From: Octopus vulgaris | Taxonomy: Eukaryota | NCBI GenBank assembly: GCA_951406725.2 | Contig: OX597820.1 | Coordinates: 117,490,001-117,554,000 of the forward strand | Length of the DNA stretch: 64,000 nt | Direction: 5' to 3' | In this document: positions 39,899 to 52,636 of the stretch, piece by piece | Layout of the letters: every line of letters starts with the position of its first letter | Numbering within the stretch: the first letter of the stretch is position 1 | Made by a program: the position numbers and the translations under genes | Notes under the pieces: model-generated | Told to the model about the DNA's origin: nothing | Database searches by the model: none | The model's input: only the letters and a program-made list of their open reading frames with translations

Positions 39899-40272
39899 TG
39901 TAACGGATGATACACAATAGATCACCAAAACCAATGAAGATGTTTACAGTTCTTGTTTCTAGAAGGATCTCAAGGATTCTCAACCGATTCCCAACCATGA
40001 CACAAATTTGGTTTTGATGTAAATTCTCAAAATTTTGTGAAGACAAAATCTTCTACTTTATCTTCTGCTTGTATCAGTCATTAGACTGTGGCCATGCTGG
40101 GGCACTCCTTTGAAGAATTTTTAGTTGACTGAATCAACCCCAGTAGTTTTATTTCTTAAGCCTGGCACTCATTCTATCGGTTGCTTTTGCTGAACTGCTA
40201 AGTTGCAGTTACATAAAGAAAACAACACCAGTTACCAAGAAATAGTAGAGGACAGACACACACAGAAACACA

Positions 40273-40677
40273 TGGTGACGATGATGGTGGTGGTGGTGAT
40301 AATGATGACGATGATGATGATGGTGGTGGTGGTGGTGACGATGATGATGGTGGTGGTGGTGGTGATAATGATGACGATGATGACGGTGGTGGTGGTGGTG
40401 GTGATAATGATGACGATGATGATGATGATGGTGGTGGTGGTGATAATGATGACAATGATGATGATGGTGGTGGTGGTGATAATGATGACGATGATGATGA
40501 TGGTGGTGGTGGTGGTGATAATGATGACAATGATGATGATGGTGGTGGTGGTGATAATGATGACGATGATGATGGTGGTGGTGGTGGTGATAATGACGAT
40601 GATGATGGAGGTGGTGGTGGTGGTGATGATGATGATGGTGGTGATAATGATGACGATGATGGTGGTGGTGGTGGTGG

Positions 40678-40708
<31 letters not shown>

Positions 40709-40808
40709 GGTGATAATGATGACGATGATGACGGTGGTAGTGGTGGTGGTGGTAGTGATAATGATGACGATGATGATGATGTTGGTAGTGGTGGTGGTGG
40801 TGATGACG
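40273..40808. repeat. (GAT)/(GGT) compound microsatellite with ~36-bp higher-order period
   Basis: Direct reading. Confidence 0.93.
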
Positions 40809-41094
40809 GCGAGCATTAAACTAATACATCTGTTTGCTGTTTACACACCCATCTTTGTCTTTTGTGTTTTTTGTAAATTCTCACTATATATATATATATA
40901 TATGATTGACAACTAAATCCACAAGTTTTTTTTTTATTCTCTCTCTGTTTCTTTCCTCATGTTCCTTTCTGTCGAAGAGCATAAGCTCAAAACATAAAAG
41001 ACTTTCTCACCTTCCTGAGCATCAAACTAATACACCTGTTGTTCATACACTTGTCTTTGTCTTTTGTTTTGCTGTAAATTTCAACTATACATAC

Positions 41095-41204
<110 letters not shown>

Positions 41205-42309
41205 GTGTATATATATATATATATACATATTTCTTTGAGTTTCCATCTACGAAATCCACTCACAAGACTTTGGTCAGATCAAGGCTATAGCAGAAGACAC
41301 TTGTCCAAGATGCCACCCAGTGGTACTGAACCTGGAACCATGTGGTTGGGAAGTGAGCTTCTTTATTTCATTGAATTGGCCATATAGGCCTTACAAAGAG
41401 AAGCTTGTGGGCTGGACATGGACAAGATGAGATGAAATGAAACAAAATGATACGGATGAGGGGGATGTCGGCGCCCACCGCCCGACAAATGAGCTTCTTC
41501 ACCACACAACCACATCTGCACCCACAGCCTGCACCAAAGCTGTGTGCAAGGTTTTGCATTTAAATGCAGACTATTACGATAGTAGGGAGAGAAATGCAAA
41601 ATGGCCACAAGTGCTTTTTTACTTGTTTCAGTTATTTGACTGCGGCCATGCTGGAGCAGCACCTTTAGTCGAGCAAATCAAGCCCAGAATAAATTTTTTT
41701 TAAGCCTAGTACTTATTTTATTGGTCTCTTTTGCCAGATCACTAAGTTACAGGGACGTAAACACACCAGCATCAGTTGTCAACCGATGTTGGGAGGACAA
41801 ACACAGCCACACAAACATATACACGTACACACATACATATATACGACGGGCTTCTTTCAGTTTCCATCTACCAAATCCACTCACAATGCTTTGGTTGGCC
41901 TCAGGCTATAGTAGAAGACACTTGCCCAAGGTGCCACGCAGTGGGACTGAACCCGGAATCATGTGGTTGGTAAGCAAGCTACTTACCACACAGCCATTCC
42001 TACGCCTATTGGAAAACTGTTGTACATAGGCACAGGCATGGCTGTGTGGTAAGAAGCTTGCTTGCCAACCACATCGTTGATAACTGGTATTGGTTTGTTT
42101 ATGTCCCTGTGACTTGGCAGCTAAGCAGCTGATAAAAGATGTAAAGATTGTATAAGAGGAAGATGATAAGAGAAGATGTAGGAAGAAGTAGTGAAGGCAG
42201 ATCTTAGATCCTGGACTTAACAGACGACATGACATGTTCCTACCTATTTAACTCACATCAGCATGGGAATGATAAGTATAAAAACAATTATTAAGAGGAG
42301 GAGGAAGGG

Positions 42310-42995
42310 AGGGTGGTGATGACATTGATAAAGATGATGAGGATGGTGATGAACAAGACAATGACAACGATGTCGATTATGATGATGATGATGATGATGG
42401 TAGTAGTAATGGTCCTGATGGTGGTGGTGGTGATGATGATGATGATGATACAGAAGATGATGGCAACAACAATGGCAGTGGTGATGGTGATAATCATAAT
42501 GATGATGAAGAAGATTGACAGCAACTATGACGATGACAATGATGATGGTGGTGGTGGTGATGGTGGTGATGGTGATGATGGTGGTGGTAGTGGTGGTGGT
42601 GGTGGTGGTGGTGATGATGGTGATGGTGATGGTGATGATGATTGTGGTAGTGGTGGTGGTGGTGGTGGTGGTAGTGGTGGTGGTGGTGGTGGTAGTGATG
42701 GTGGTGGTGATGACGACGACAACGATGATGATGATGGTAGTAGTGGTGGTGGTGGTGGTGGTGATGATGACAATGACAATGATGATGGTGGTGATGATGA
42801 CGATGATGATGGTGGTGAAGGTGGTGATGGTAATGATGACGATGATGATGGTGGTGGTGGTGATGATGATAATAATGATGGTGGTGGTAGTGGTGGTGGT
42901 GGTGGTAGTAGTGGTGGTGGTGATGATAACGATGATGTTGGGTGTGTTGGTGGTTGTGGTGGTGGTGGTGATGATGACGATGACGATGATGATGA
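42310..42995. repeat. (GAT/GGT)n compound microsatellite
   Basis: Direct reading. Confidence 0.93.
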
Positions 42996-44261
42996 TATTC
43001 CATGCCAGACCTAGATCAATAAAAGAATCGCAAATGTTAACTGCAGGCGACAATTGCAACAACATCCTGAGCAACTTGCGGAAATTCTCTTCCCTTAATT
43101 TTTGTTCTTTCGTTAATTTAATTTTTTTGTTTTTTTCGTTTTTTAAAGCAGTTTTTAAAAGTTTTTTGTGCAGTGGAAAGGTCAGTAGCACCATCTGTTT
43201 GTTCATAGAATTACACAGCCTATGGGAGAGCAACAAAAACACTGCTAACATTTGGAGTCGGATTTCTAAGAACAGGAACTGATAGGGTGAGGTTATTGCA
43301 AAACAAACCAAAAAAAAAAAAAAAATGGTAGTTCCAGTTTAGCTAAGAATGCATCTGATTGAAATAGGTTATATCTACATTATTGGATCTATTCATTTAC
43401 AGAAGTTTTTTCAGTTCACACTCAAAAATCAGTAGGAATTGAACAAAACTCGCAATTTCTATAGGTGAAGAAACTATAGAATTTGAAGAATGCAGGTTTG
43501 AAATTAAGCATAATGTTGCTATTGGTTACTGAATAGGTAGGTGAAATAGTTAGTGTTACTATGTACAATTTTTGCATAGAATAAGTTTCTAAACAAAACC
43601 AAAAAGTAAAAACACAATTTAGACTTTCTTTTCAATACAACACAGATTTCTCTTTTATATTTTCAATAATTTAAAATATATTTTTTCTTATTTTTAGTTA
43701 ATTGAAATAAAAATTATTATGTATTTAATTAAATTATGCTTTTGTAATGACTCAATTAATGTTTGATTTCTCAATGAAAATCGAAAATAAAACTGTAGAA
43801 AACATTTCAGCCAAAGAATAAAGCAAGTGTCTGCAGAAATTCTCTGGAAACTTTTCATAATTAAGTTAGTGAAAATGGAATTCTTTGACATTTTATAAAA
43901 CTTTTGGTTTCTTTTGAGACCTAAATATTCCAGAAGTTCCAATGCCAGGAACTAGTTCAAAGGCCAAACTATTTGCTTACTGATCGAAATTATCTTTGCT
44001 CAAAGACAAAAAACAAAAAAGAAAGAAAGAAAAACCTTTATAATCATAGTCATGACTGTGTGGGTGTATGGTTAAGTCGTTTGCTTAACAAGCATGTGGA
44101 TCTAGGTTCAATCCTTCCTTCAGTACAGCATATTGGGCAAGTGTTTTCTACTTTACTGTCAGGTTGACCAATATGTTTGGAGCAGAATTTGGTAGACAGA
44201 TACTGCAACGGGAGTCATGTGTGTATATATGTGCATAAGTGAATGCATGCAGTGTTGCATA

Positions 44262-44652
44262 GGAGGGAGGAAGCACTCCGTCGGTTACGACGATGAGGGT
44301 TCCGGTTGATCCGAATCAACGGAACAGCCTGCTCGTGAAATTAACGTGTAAGTGGCTGAGCACTCCACAGACACGTGTACCCTTAACGTACTTCTCGGGA
44401 ATATTCAGCGTGACACAGAGAGTGACAAGGCCGGCCCTTTGAAATACAGGTACAACAGAAACAGGAAGTAAGAGTGAGAGAAAGTTGTGGCGAAAGAGTA
44501 CAGCAGGGATCACCACCATCCCCTGCCGGAGCCTCATGGAGCTTTAGATGTTTTCGCTCAATAAACACTCACAACGCCCGGTCTGGGAATCGAAACCGCG
44601 ATCCTATGACCGCGAGTCCGCTGCCCTAACAACTGGGCCATTGCGCCTCCAC
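44262..44652 (-). mobile_element. Full-length young tRNA-derived SINE with TSD
   Basis: tRNA-like head (tggcccagttgttagg...ggtttcgattccc); TSD cagtgttgcata at 44250-44261 and 44653-44664. Confidence 0.9.
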
Positions 44653-45520
44653 CAGTGTTGCATAACCAGCCCACTCAAAAGTACCTTCGATTGTAGGACA
44701 ACATGCCGTGCTTGAGGAGACCTAGTGAGTCAAGTACATCAAAATCAAATCAAATCACATTCAAATGGAAATTGTAGTTGTGATCCCCATGCCAGTGGCA
44801 CGTAAAAAGCATCACCTGAATGTGACCGATGCCAGTGCCGCCTTGACTGGCTTCCATGCCAGTGGCACGTAAAATGCACCATCTGATCATGGTCGATGCC
44901 AGTACCACCTGACTAGCCCTCATGCCGGTGGCACATAAAAAAGCACCCACTATACTCTCGGAGTGGTTGGCGTTAGGAAGGGCATCCAGCTGTAGAAATA
45001 CTGCCAGATCAAGACTGGAGCCTGGTTTCAGCCTCCTGGCTTCCCAGACCCCTGTAGAACCGTCCAACCCATGCCAGTATGAAAAACGGACGTTAAACAA
45101 TGATGATGATATATATGTGTGTGTATACATGCATTCATGAATGTAGAGGAGCAGACGCTCAAAACGTCATATTTCCTACATGTTTGTTGTTCTCTCACCT
45201 GTCTTTGTCTTTTGTCTTTTCTGTTTTTTGTATAATTTTGAGTCATATATGTACATGTGCATGTGTGTACATGGATGGATGCATGCATGATTGCATGATG
45301 CATACATGCACATGTGTACATAAATACATATGTATCAATGTATACATGAGTGTGCATGTGTATACATGCATGTGTGTATATGTGTATGCATGTGTGTGTA
45401 TGTGTGCACAAGTACGTGTGTGTGTGTGTGCACATATGCATGTATGATCACACAGTAAAACAAAAGTAAAACAGAAAACTACTATTTTTAAATCTCACAA
45501 CGAGAGATATTCAGCAACAG

Positions 45521-45956
45521 TACTTTGGAGTAAAGATTATTTACCAACATAACATGGCAGTCCTGGTTTAGGATGAATGTTGCTGTAATTTAGCCCCAGG
45601 AGACATCGTCTCCAGCTGGCCATACAACACGATCTGTGTCCTTATATTTTCAAACAAGGGAATCTAGCATACCCCACTCAGCTCAAAACAATATCTGTGT
45701 ATCATGATTTCCAGGTTATTTCCCTTCATCAGCACAGAATAATTGTTCGGCTAAAAGGTGGCGCTGCTAAATTCCTGTTCGAAATATATAGTTTTCAAAG
45801 TGACAACTAGTCACTGATCTATAAATGAGATAATATAAGGACACAGATCGTGTCGTATAGCAGGAAATGATGTCTCCTGGGGCTAAATTACAGCAACATT
45901 CATCCTAAACCAGGACGGCCATGTTATGCTGGCAAACAATCTTTACTCTAAAAGTA
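45521..45956. mobile_element. Foldback/MITE with ~125-bp terminal inverted repeats, TA at both ends
   Basis: 45521-45646 is the imperfect reverse complement of 45831-45956. Confidence 0.85.
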
Positions 45957-46012
45957 AAACAGTAAAACAAAAAACAAAAATAAATAAATACAAATTTGAC
46001 CATGATCCTTAC

Positions 46013-46087
46013 CATTTGTAGTTTCCCAAGGTATTGAACAATTTCTGCATTCACTCTGGTTTCTAAGTCAAGCTGAATTTCAACGTT
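46013..46087 (-). CDS. IQCG: IQCG/DRC9 internal exon (most 5' exon found; the gene continues beyond it)
   Basis: tttatttgtag|AAC GTT...CAA ATG|gtaagg; 75 nt = NVEIQLDLETRVNAEIVQYLGKLQM. It is in frame with the next exon and aligns to the IQCG EEARTHTEIEMFL region. Confidence 0.85.
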
Positions 46088-46531
46088 CTACAAATAAAAG
46101 CAAAATGAAATGGTTATTTTCAGAATTGTTTTTGTATTTATTTCTAAAACTTAGTGACACAATCTTTATTATTCTTTCTCTTTTCTTTCTCAGTCCCTGT
46201 CCTCCTGACTTTAAATGAAGACAATTGCATGATATAATTAATTGATTAATTAACAGTCTGCTGTTTCATAACACCCTACTGGAGAAGAAGACTTGTTCAT
46301 TGATATGGAACTCTCTCTTTACTCTTTTACTCTTTTACTCTTTTACTTGTTTCAGTCATTTGACTGCGGCCATGCTGGAGCACCGCCTTTAGTCGAGCAA
46401 CTCGACCCCGGGACTTATTCTTTGTAAGCCCAGTACTTACTCTATCGGTCTCTTTTTGCCGAACCGCTAAGTTACGGGGACATAAACACACCAGCATCGG
46501 TTGTCAAGCAATGCTAGGGGGACAAACACAG

Positions 46532-46568
<37 letters not shown>

Positions 46569-47315
46569 CATATATACGATGGGCTTCTTTCAGTTTCCGT
46601 CTACCAAATCCACTCACAAGGCTTTGGTCGGCCCGAGGCTATAGTAGAAGACACTTGCCCAAGGTGCCGTGCACAGTGGGACTGAACCTGGAACCATGTG
46701 GTTGGTAAACAAGCTACTTACCACACAGCCACTCCTGTGCCTTTCCGCAGGTAGGAAATATTAAAATTTTGGTTTCACATTTTGACAGAAGGTCAGCGAT
46801 TTTGAGGGAGGAAATAAATCAATTCTATCGATCCCCAGTGCTCAGCTGGTAGTTATTTTATCGACCCTGGATAGGATGAAAGGCAAAGTCAACCTTGGTA
46901 GTATTTGAACCCAGAAGCTGGAAGAAACACTGCTAAGCATTTTGCCCAGCATAGTAATGATTCTGCTAGCTTGCTGCCTTGGAAAATATTGAAATATTGG
47001 TTTCAAAGTTTGGCACAAGGCCAGCAAGTTCGACCCCAGTACACAACTGGTACTTATTTTATTGACCCTGGAAGGATGAAAGGCAAAGTCAACCTTGGTG
47101 GTATTTGAACTCAGAACAGAAGGACAGACAAAATGTCATTAAGCATTTTTCCCAGCATGCAATAGATTCTGCCAGCCCATCACCTTACAGGTAGAAAATA
47201 AGGATTTCAAATTTTGGCACTAGGCCAGCAATTTTGGGGGCGGGGAAAAGTCAGTTATATCGACCCCAGTGCTCAACTGGTACTTATTTTATCAACTCCA
47301 AAAGGATGACAGATA

Positions 47316-47788
47316 GAGTCAACCTCAGTGCAATTTGGACTCGGAGTCAACCTCAGCATAATTTGAACTCAGAGTCAACTTCAGTGCAATTTGAACTCAG
47401 AGTCAACCTCAGCCCAGTTTGAACTCAGAATCAACCTCAGTGCAATTTGGACTTGGAGTCAACCTCAGTACAATTTTAACTCAGAGTCAATCTCAGCACA
47501 ACTTGGACTCAGAATCAACCTCAGTGCAATTTGGACTTGGAGTCAACCTCAGCCCAGTTTGAACTCAGAATCAACCTCAGTGCAATTTGGACTCGGAGTC
47601 AACCTCAGTGCAATTTGAACTCAGAGTCAACCTCAGCACAATTTGAACTCAGAATCTACCTCAGTGCAATTTGGACTCGGAGTCAACCTCAGCACAATTT
47701 GGACTTGGAGTCAACCTCAGCATAATTTGGACTCAGAATCAATCTCAGTGCAATTTGAACTCAGAGTCAACCTCAGCATAATTTGGAC
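47316..47788. repeat. 28-bp tandem array (17 units) expanded inside a SINE
   Basis: Unit gagtcaacctcagtgcaatttgaactca; SINE sequence continues on both sides. Confidence 0.93.
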
Positions 47789-48302
47789 ACATACAGATGA
47801 TATGCTACCAAGCATTTTGTCTGGCATGCTGACGATTGCTACCTTACAAGTAGGAAATATGAAAGTATTAAAAGTATAAACAACACAGTCTGGGACACAT
47901 ACCTGTGATGGTAATTTGAGAGGAAAATGAAAAAAAGAGAAAGTTATTTAAAAAAAAAAAAGAATTATTTATTTATTTAATGCAATAGAAACATTTTAAA
48001 AATTGGTCTGTGTACAAAATATGTGAAATAGAAAAAAAATCAAACCCCATTTTTTAAAAATATATTACAAAGGTTTTAAGTTACTCCATGTGATAGGTGA
48101 TAGATATACGCATAAATACACATGTGTGTGCATATATATAATAAGTCCCGGGGTCGATTTGCTCGACTATATATATATATATATATATACATATATGTAC
48201 ATACAAATACACACACATAAACACACACATACACATATATACATCTAATTATGTATATACCATCAGGTATTTTGGGTATTACTATTATAATCAATATCAT
48301 CA

Positions 48303-48348
<46 letters not shown>

Positions 48349-48987
48349 CATCATTATTACTATTATTATCATGTACATAGATATACAAACATGCATGTGT
48401 ATGTGTGTGTGTATATATACCATTCCAGTATGAAAAAAAAGGATGTTAAATAATGATGATGATGATGATGATGATACAAATGTATATATATATGCATGCA
48501 TGTATGTATGTATGTATGTATGTTTGTATGTATGTATGTATGTATGTATGTATGTATGTATGTATGTATGTATGTATGTATGTATGTATGTAGGTATGTA
48601 TGTATGTATGTATATGGTAACCACAAAGGGTATATATTTGATTACACATTTTATTATACTTGTGGTAATACATGCTGAAAAGGTAAAAGAAAACACAGAA
48701 ATGTTATCATAAATGAACATTTTCAAAAATACATTCTTTTTCTACAATAAATGGCATTGTAGTGAAAGACAGAATGATTGGTCACAGGTTTCTGATAAGC
48801 CTATCACTGGTTCACGGTATTTTTGATAGCAGGAGTAACAAGGGATTGTATGTGCAAACTGGTGGAACAAACAGCACACAGGGTATTCTCATATGAAAGC
48901 ACCTCCTTTTTTTTACTGTACTTGTGTCTATGTTTACATCTTTCACTGATACACATGTACAAAACAAAGAAACAACAAACACACATG

Positions 48988-49018
<31 letters not shown>

Positions 49019-49218
49019 GATAGGACTGGAGGTGTGGACTTGGTTGTAGTTGTCAAGTTCCCTCAGCAACTTTGTGATGTCAGGTTCTGTCCCATTGCAT
49101 GACACCTTGACCAATGTTATGTGAGAGAAATTTCATTCAGAGAAACTGACAGAATTTGGGGACTAAATTTGACAGTTTGTATAAAAGGAAAGCAAAAATA
49201 TCCCAAAATAAAAGTGTT

Positions 49219-49446
49219 TTAACCCTTTCATTACCAACCCGGCTGAAACCGGCTCTGGCTCTGAGTACAAATATCTTGTTTTCATAAGTTCTGAATTAAA
49301 ATATTCCACCAAACCTTAGTCACAATTTACGTTCCTAGCACTAGCTAAATGATAACTAAGTTATTTTACTAAATTCTTTGTTATATTTAAAGGAATTGAA
49401 AGAAACACAGAGCATCTCAAAATAAATACAGTAACAAAAGGGTTAA
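49219..49446. mobile_element. piggyBac-type MITE
   Basis: TTAA-CCCTTT...AAAGGG-TTAA; reverse complement of the 28752-29221 copies. Confidence 0.8.
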
Positions 49447-49479
49447 ATAACCAAAAATGATCAACTGGATTCTGGTTGA

Positions 49480-50200
49480 GAAATGACAGTTTACTCAAGG
49501 TAGCAGCCCTTAACTTCCACCATGGCCTGAAGACAGCTCTGGAACCTGGCACATGCATTCCTCAGTGTGTCCCTGAGAAGATCTTCAAACACTTCCTTGG
49601 TTATAGCCACCAGCTCGGCTTTGGCGTTGAAGGCAGGACGGTTGCTGTCTTTCCAGATTGCATCTCACACTTATTAATTCATGGGATTACAACTGGGGGG
49701 GATTAAGAGGCCTAAAATTGGGATTGATGAAATAGAAGTTTTCTGACATCCACTTTGGACTCTTTCCAGAGATTGGCCAGGAGCTGAATCCAGCTGCTAC
49801 ACATAAGGCCTTCCAGAAGCAACCATCTCCAGCCAGGGACTAATCACAATGTCCAGAATCTTCACATAGCTGTCTGAATTAAGCCTAAGGCCCTGTTCAC
49901 AGATGTGGGGTGGCATGACATCACCCTCACTGGAGGACACACCCAAAGACCTGCTGTCCACGGTTTAGTAGTCTCTGTTGCAGCTGTCCATGTCTTAAGG
50001 CCTTTACAGTGTTCACAGAGCATTGAAGAGCAGCAGTCATGATGTCAACATTTTGGTACCCAACACAAATCATTATGACAGCACCTTTCCAATATTCAGA
50101 TGGCTTCCGGTCCTCCGGGTCAGCTAACTCTTCCTCAACTAAAACTTTAACCTTTATGCTTTCCAAATCCATTGACTGTTCACCTACTCATCAAGCTGTT
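49480..50200 (-). mobile_element. Highly degenerate Tc1/mariner transposase remnant
   Basis: Minus strand gives an HTH-like segment (TAALQCSVNTVK) and C-terminal LRNACARFQSCLQAMVEVKGCYLE*, similar to the 10270 element. Confidence 0.7.
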
Positions 50201-50235
50201 AGGGAAAAGAAACCCAAACACTTTGTATGTATGCA

Positions 50236-50272
<37 letters not shown>

Positions 50273-51264
50273 ACATAGATATATACATAGATGTATACAT
50301 ACGTACAATGCACTTTCTTTTACAGTCATGATACCTGCATTTATACTCCTTTAGTGCTAGCTTACTGCACTCATTGAGGAAATGGTTAATACTTTTGTCC
50401 TCTTTTCCAAAAGCATAGTTGCTAGAATAAGAATAAGATGGTGAAAGCTTAGAGAGCTATTACCTCTGTTGACAACAAACGATCTCTCTCTCTCGCTAAA
50501 GGACAGATTATATGTAACTTGTGTTCATATAACAATGTTACGTGGTAGTGTAACATGGGCCTTGAGTACAGAGGACATGAGAAAACTAGAGAGGAATGAG
50601 GCTAATATGTTCTGTTAGATGAGCAATGTCAGTGTACATGTATGATGGCATGCTACTGTATTGAGAGGAAAGTCAAACAGAAGAGGAAATAGATGTAGAG
50701 AGCAAGGGAGAAGACAGTGCTGGTTTGGTCATGTGATGTGTATGGATGAGGATAGTTGCATAAAGAAGTTTTTGATCACTTAAAATGGATGGAACTTGTG
50801 GAGGAGGGAAACCCAGGAAGACTTCGGATGATTGGCATTTTGCTGAACTCAAGAAGACCTGTCCATTCAGCAAAAAATGCTATCCTAAAACTACTCAGTT
50901 ATGCTTGTGTGTGCATGTTAGGCATTTCCCTTACCCCAATTCTCAACCCTGAATACCAATCACCACCACCCTACCATCTATGGTGCTGCTCAGTTGCTGC
51001 AATCACCTGAGAGCAGAATAGGCACATATTATATCCCCTGCTTCCTGGTCACCTTCCAGCCTCCCCACCACCAGAATCACTTCCATTCCTCATCATCATC
51101 CATCCATGTCCTCACTATTTCTACCAATCATCTCCTTGCTGTACCTCCAGCCATTGCTCTCACCACCCCTCCACCACCTCCACTACATTCCATTCTTCAC
51201 ACTTCTCTTGTCTGCTCTCTTTCCAAATGCCCTCTCCTATCTAAAAACCCCAAACTGGAGACCT

Positions 51265-52560
51265 AAGTGATACTGGGAATTAGAGAGGGATCAGTCTGTC
51301 TTCCATTGTTGCAAAAAGGGTCAACAAGATGATACTTAACCGAATACAACATAAGATGGACAGAACAATTGTGACCAAATCAAAATGGATTCAGATCAGG
51401 ACTGTCAACATCTCACATTGTTGCACTTAGAAGACTGAAAGAGGGAGTTCAGAGCTGTAACAGGTAGGATATCATTATCTATTTAGAGTTTAAAAAGGTT
51501 TTTGATTCAGTACATAGAGGAATGATGACGAAGATACTTAAAGCATATAATATACCACCAAGGATTTTGAGAGCAATAAGCAAGCTGTATGAGAACACCA
51601 GAGTGAAAGGGATCACTCCTGATGGAGAGACAGGATACTTTGAAGTCAAAGCCAGAGTATTACAAGGCGATGCACTAGCACCTTATCTCTTCACCATTGT
51701 TCTGGACTATGTAATGCATAGAACATACGAGGGCAAGGAAGAGGAACTGGGATTCAAACTGTATAGGCAAAGAAGTAGATGGCATTAAGCAGTAACAGTG
51801 ATTGACTTAGACTATGCTGATGACCTGGCATTACTACCAGAGAGGACAGATCAGGCACAGGAGGTGCTGAGCAGATTAGAGCAGGAATTGGGGGAAGGTA
51901 GGATTGAACTGTAATGCAAAGAAAACAGAACTGTAAGTATTCAACCATGAAATGCCTGTGTCAGTGAAAGTTAAAGATGGTAAGTCACTGAAGGTAGTTG
52001 AAAGTTTCAAATACTTGGTGCTTGGACACAAAGTACTGAAAAAGACATCGTAGCAAGGAAAGCTCTTGCCTGGAGTGCATGCCATAAATTGAGAAAGGTT
52101 CGGAGTTCAACGTTAGCAAGGAAATTGAAAGTGAGGTTGTTTCTGGTAACAGTTGAGTCTGTTCTTCTATACAGCGCTGAAACATGGACGCTCACAAAAG
52201 CATTGAAGAAGCAGTTGGATCGTTGCTATACAAAGATGCTTAGAATGGCACTCAATGTCTCCTGGAAGAGTCATACAATAAATGCCAACTTATTCCAGGG
52301 GCTACCAAAAGTAACATTGAAGATACAGCATAGAAGGATGAGGCTGGCTGGACACTGCATCAGACACACCGATGAAATTGATAACAAGCTCTGGCAACCA
52401 AGAGAAGAAGGAACCAGGAGAGGAAGGAGGAAGACAACCTATATTGACAACTTGCTGGTATGGAAGGGTTACAGGAGCTGAGGACCATTATGGAAGATCA
52501 AGATGTATGAGGAAAACGTGTGGAAAGTCTTGGGGCATCCCATGGGATGACCTAGATGAG
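51265..52560 (+). mobile_element. RTE-clade LINE RT fragment (family lacking the Cys-rich insert)
   Basis: RGISL, QNGFR, FKKVFDSVHR, VLQGDALAPYLF, LDYADDL, FKYL, LLYSAETW and LAGHCIR, with multiple disablements. Confidence 0.92.
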
Positions 52561-52604
52561 ATCTCCTACCTACCGTTATGTCCCACTTACAGTACCCTAC
52601 CCCT

Positions 52605-52636
<32 letters not shown>

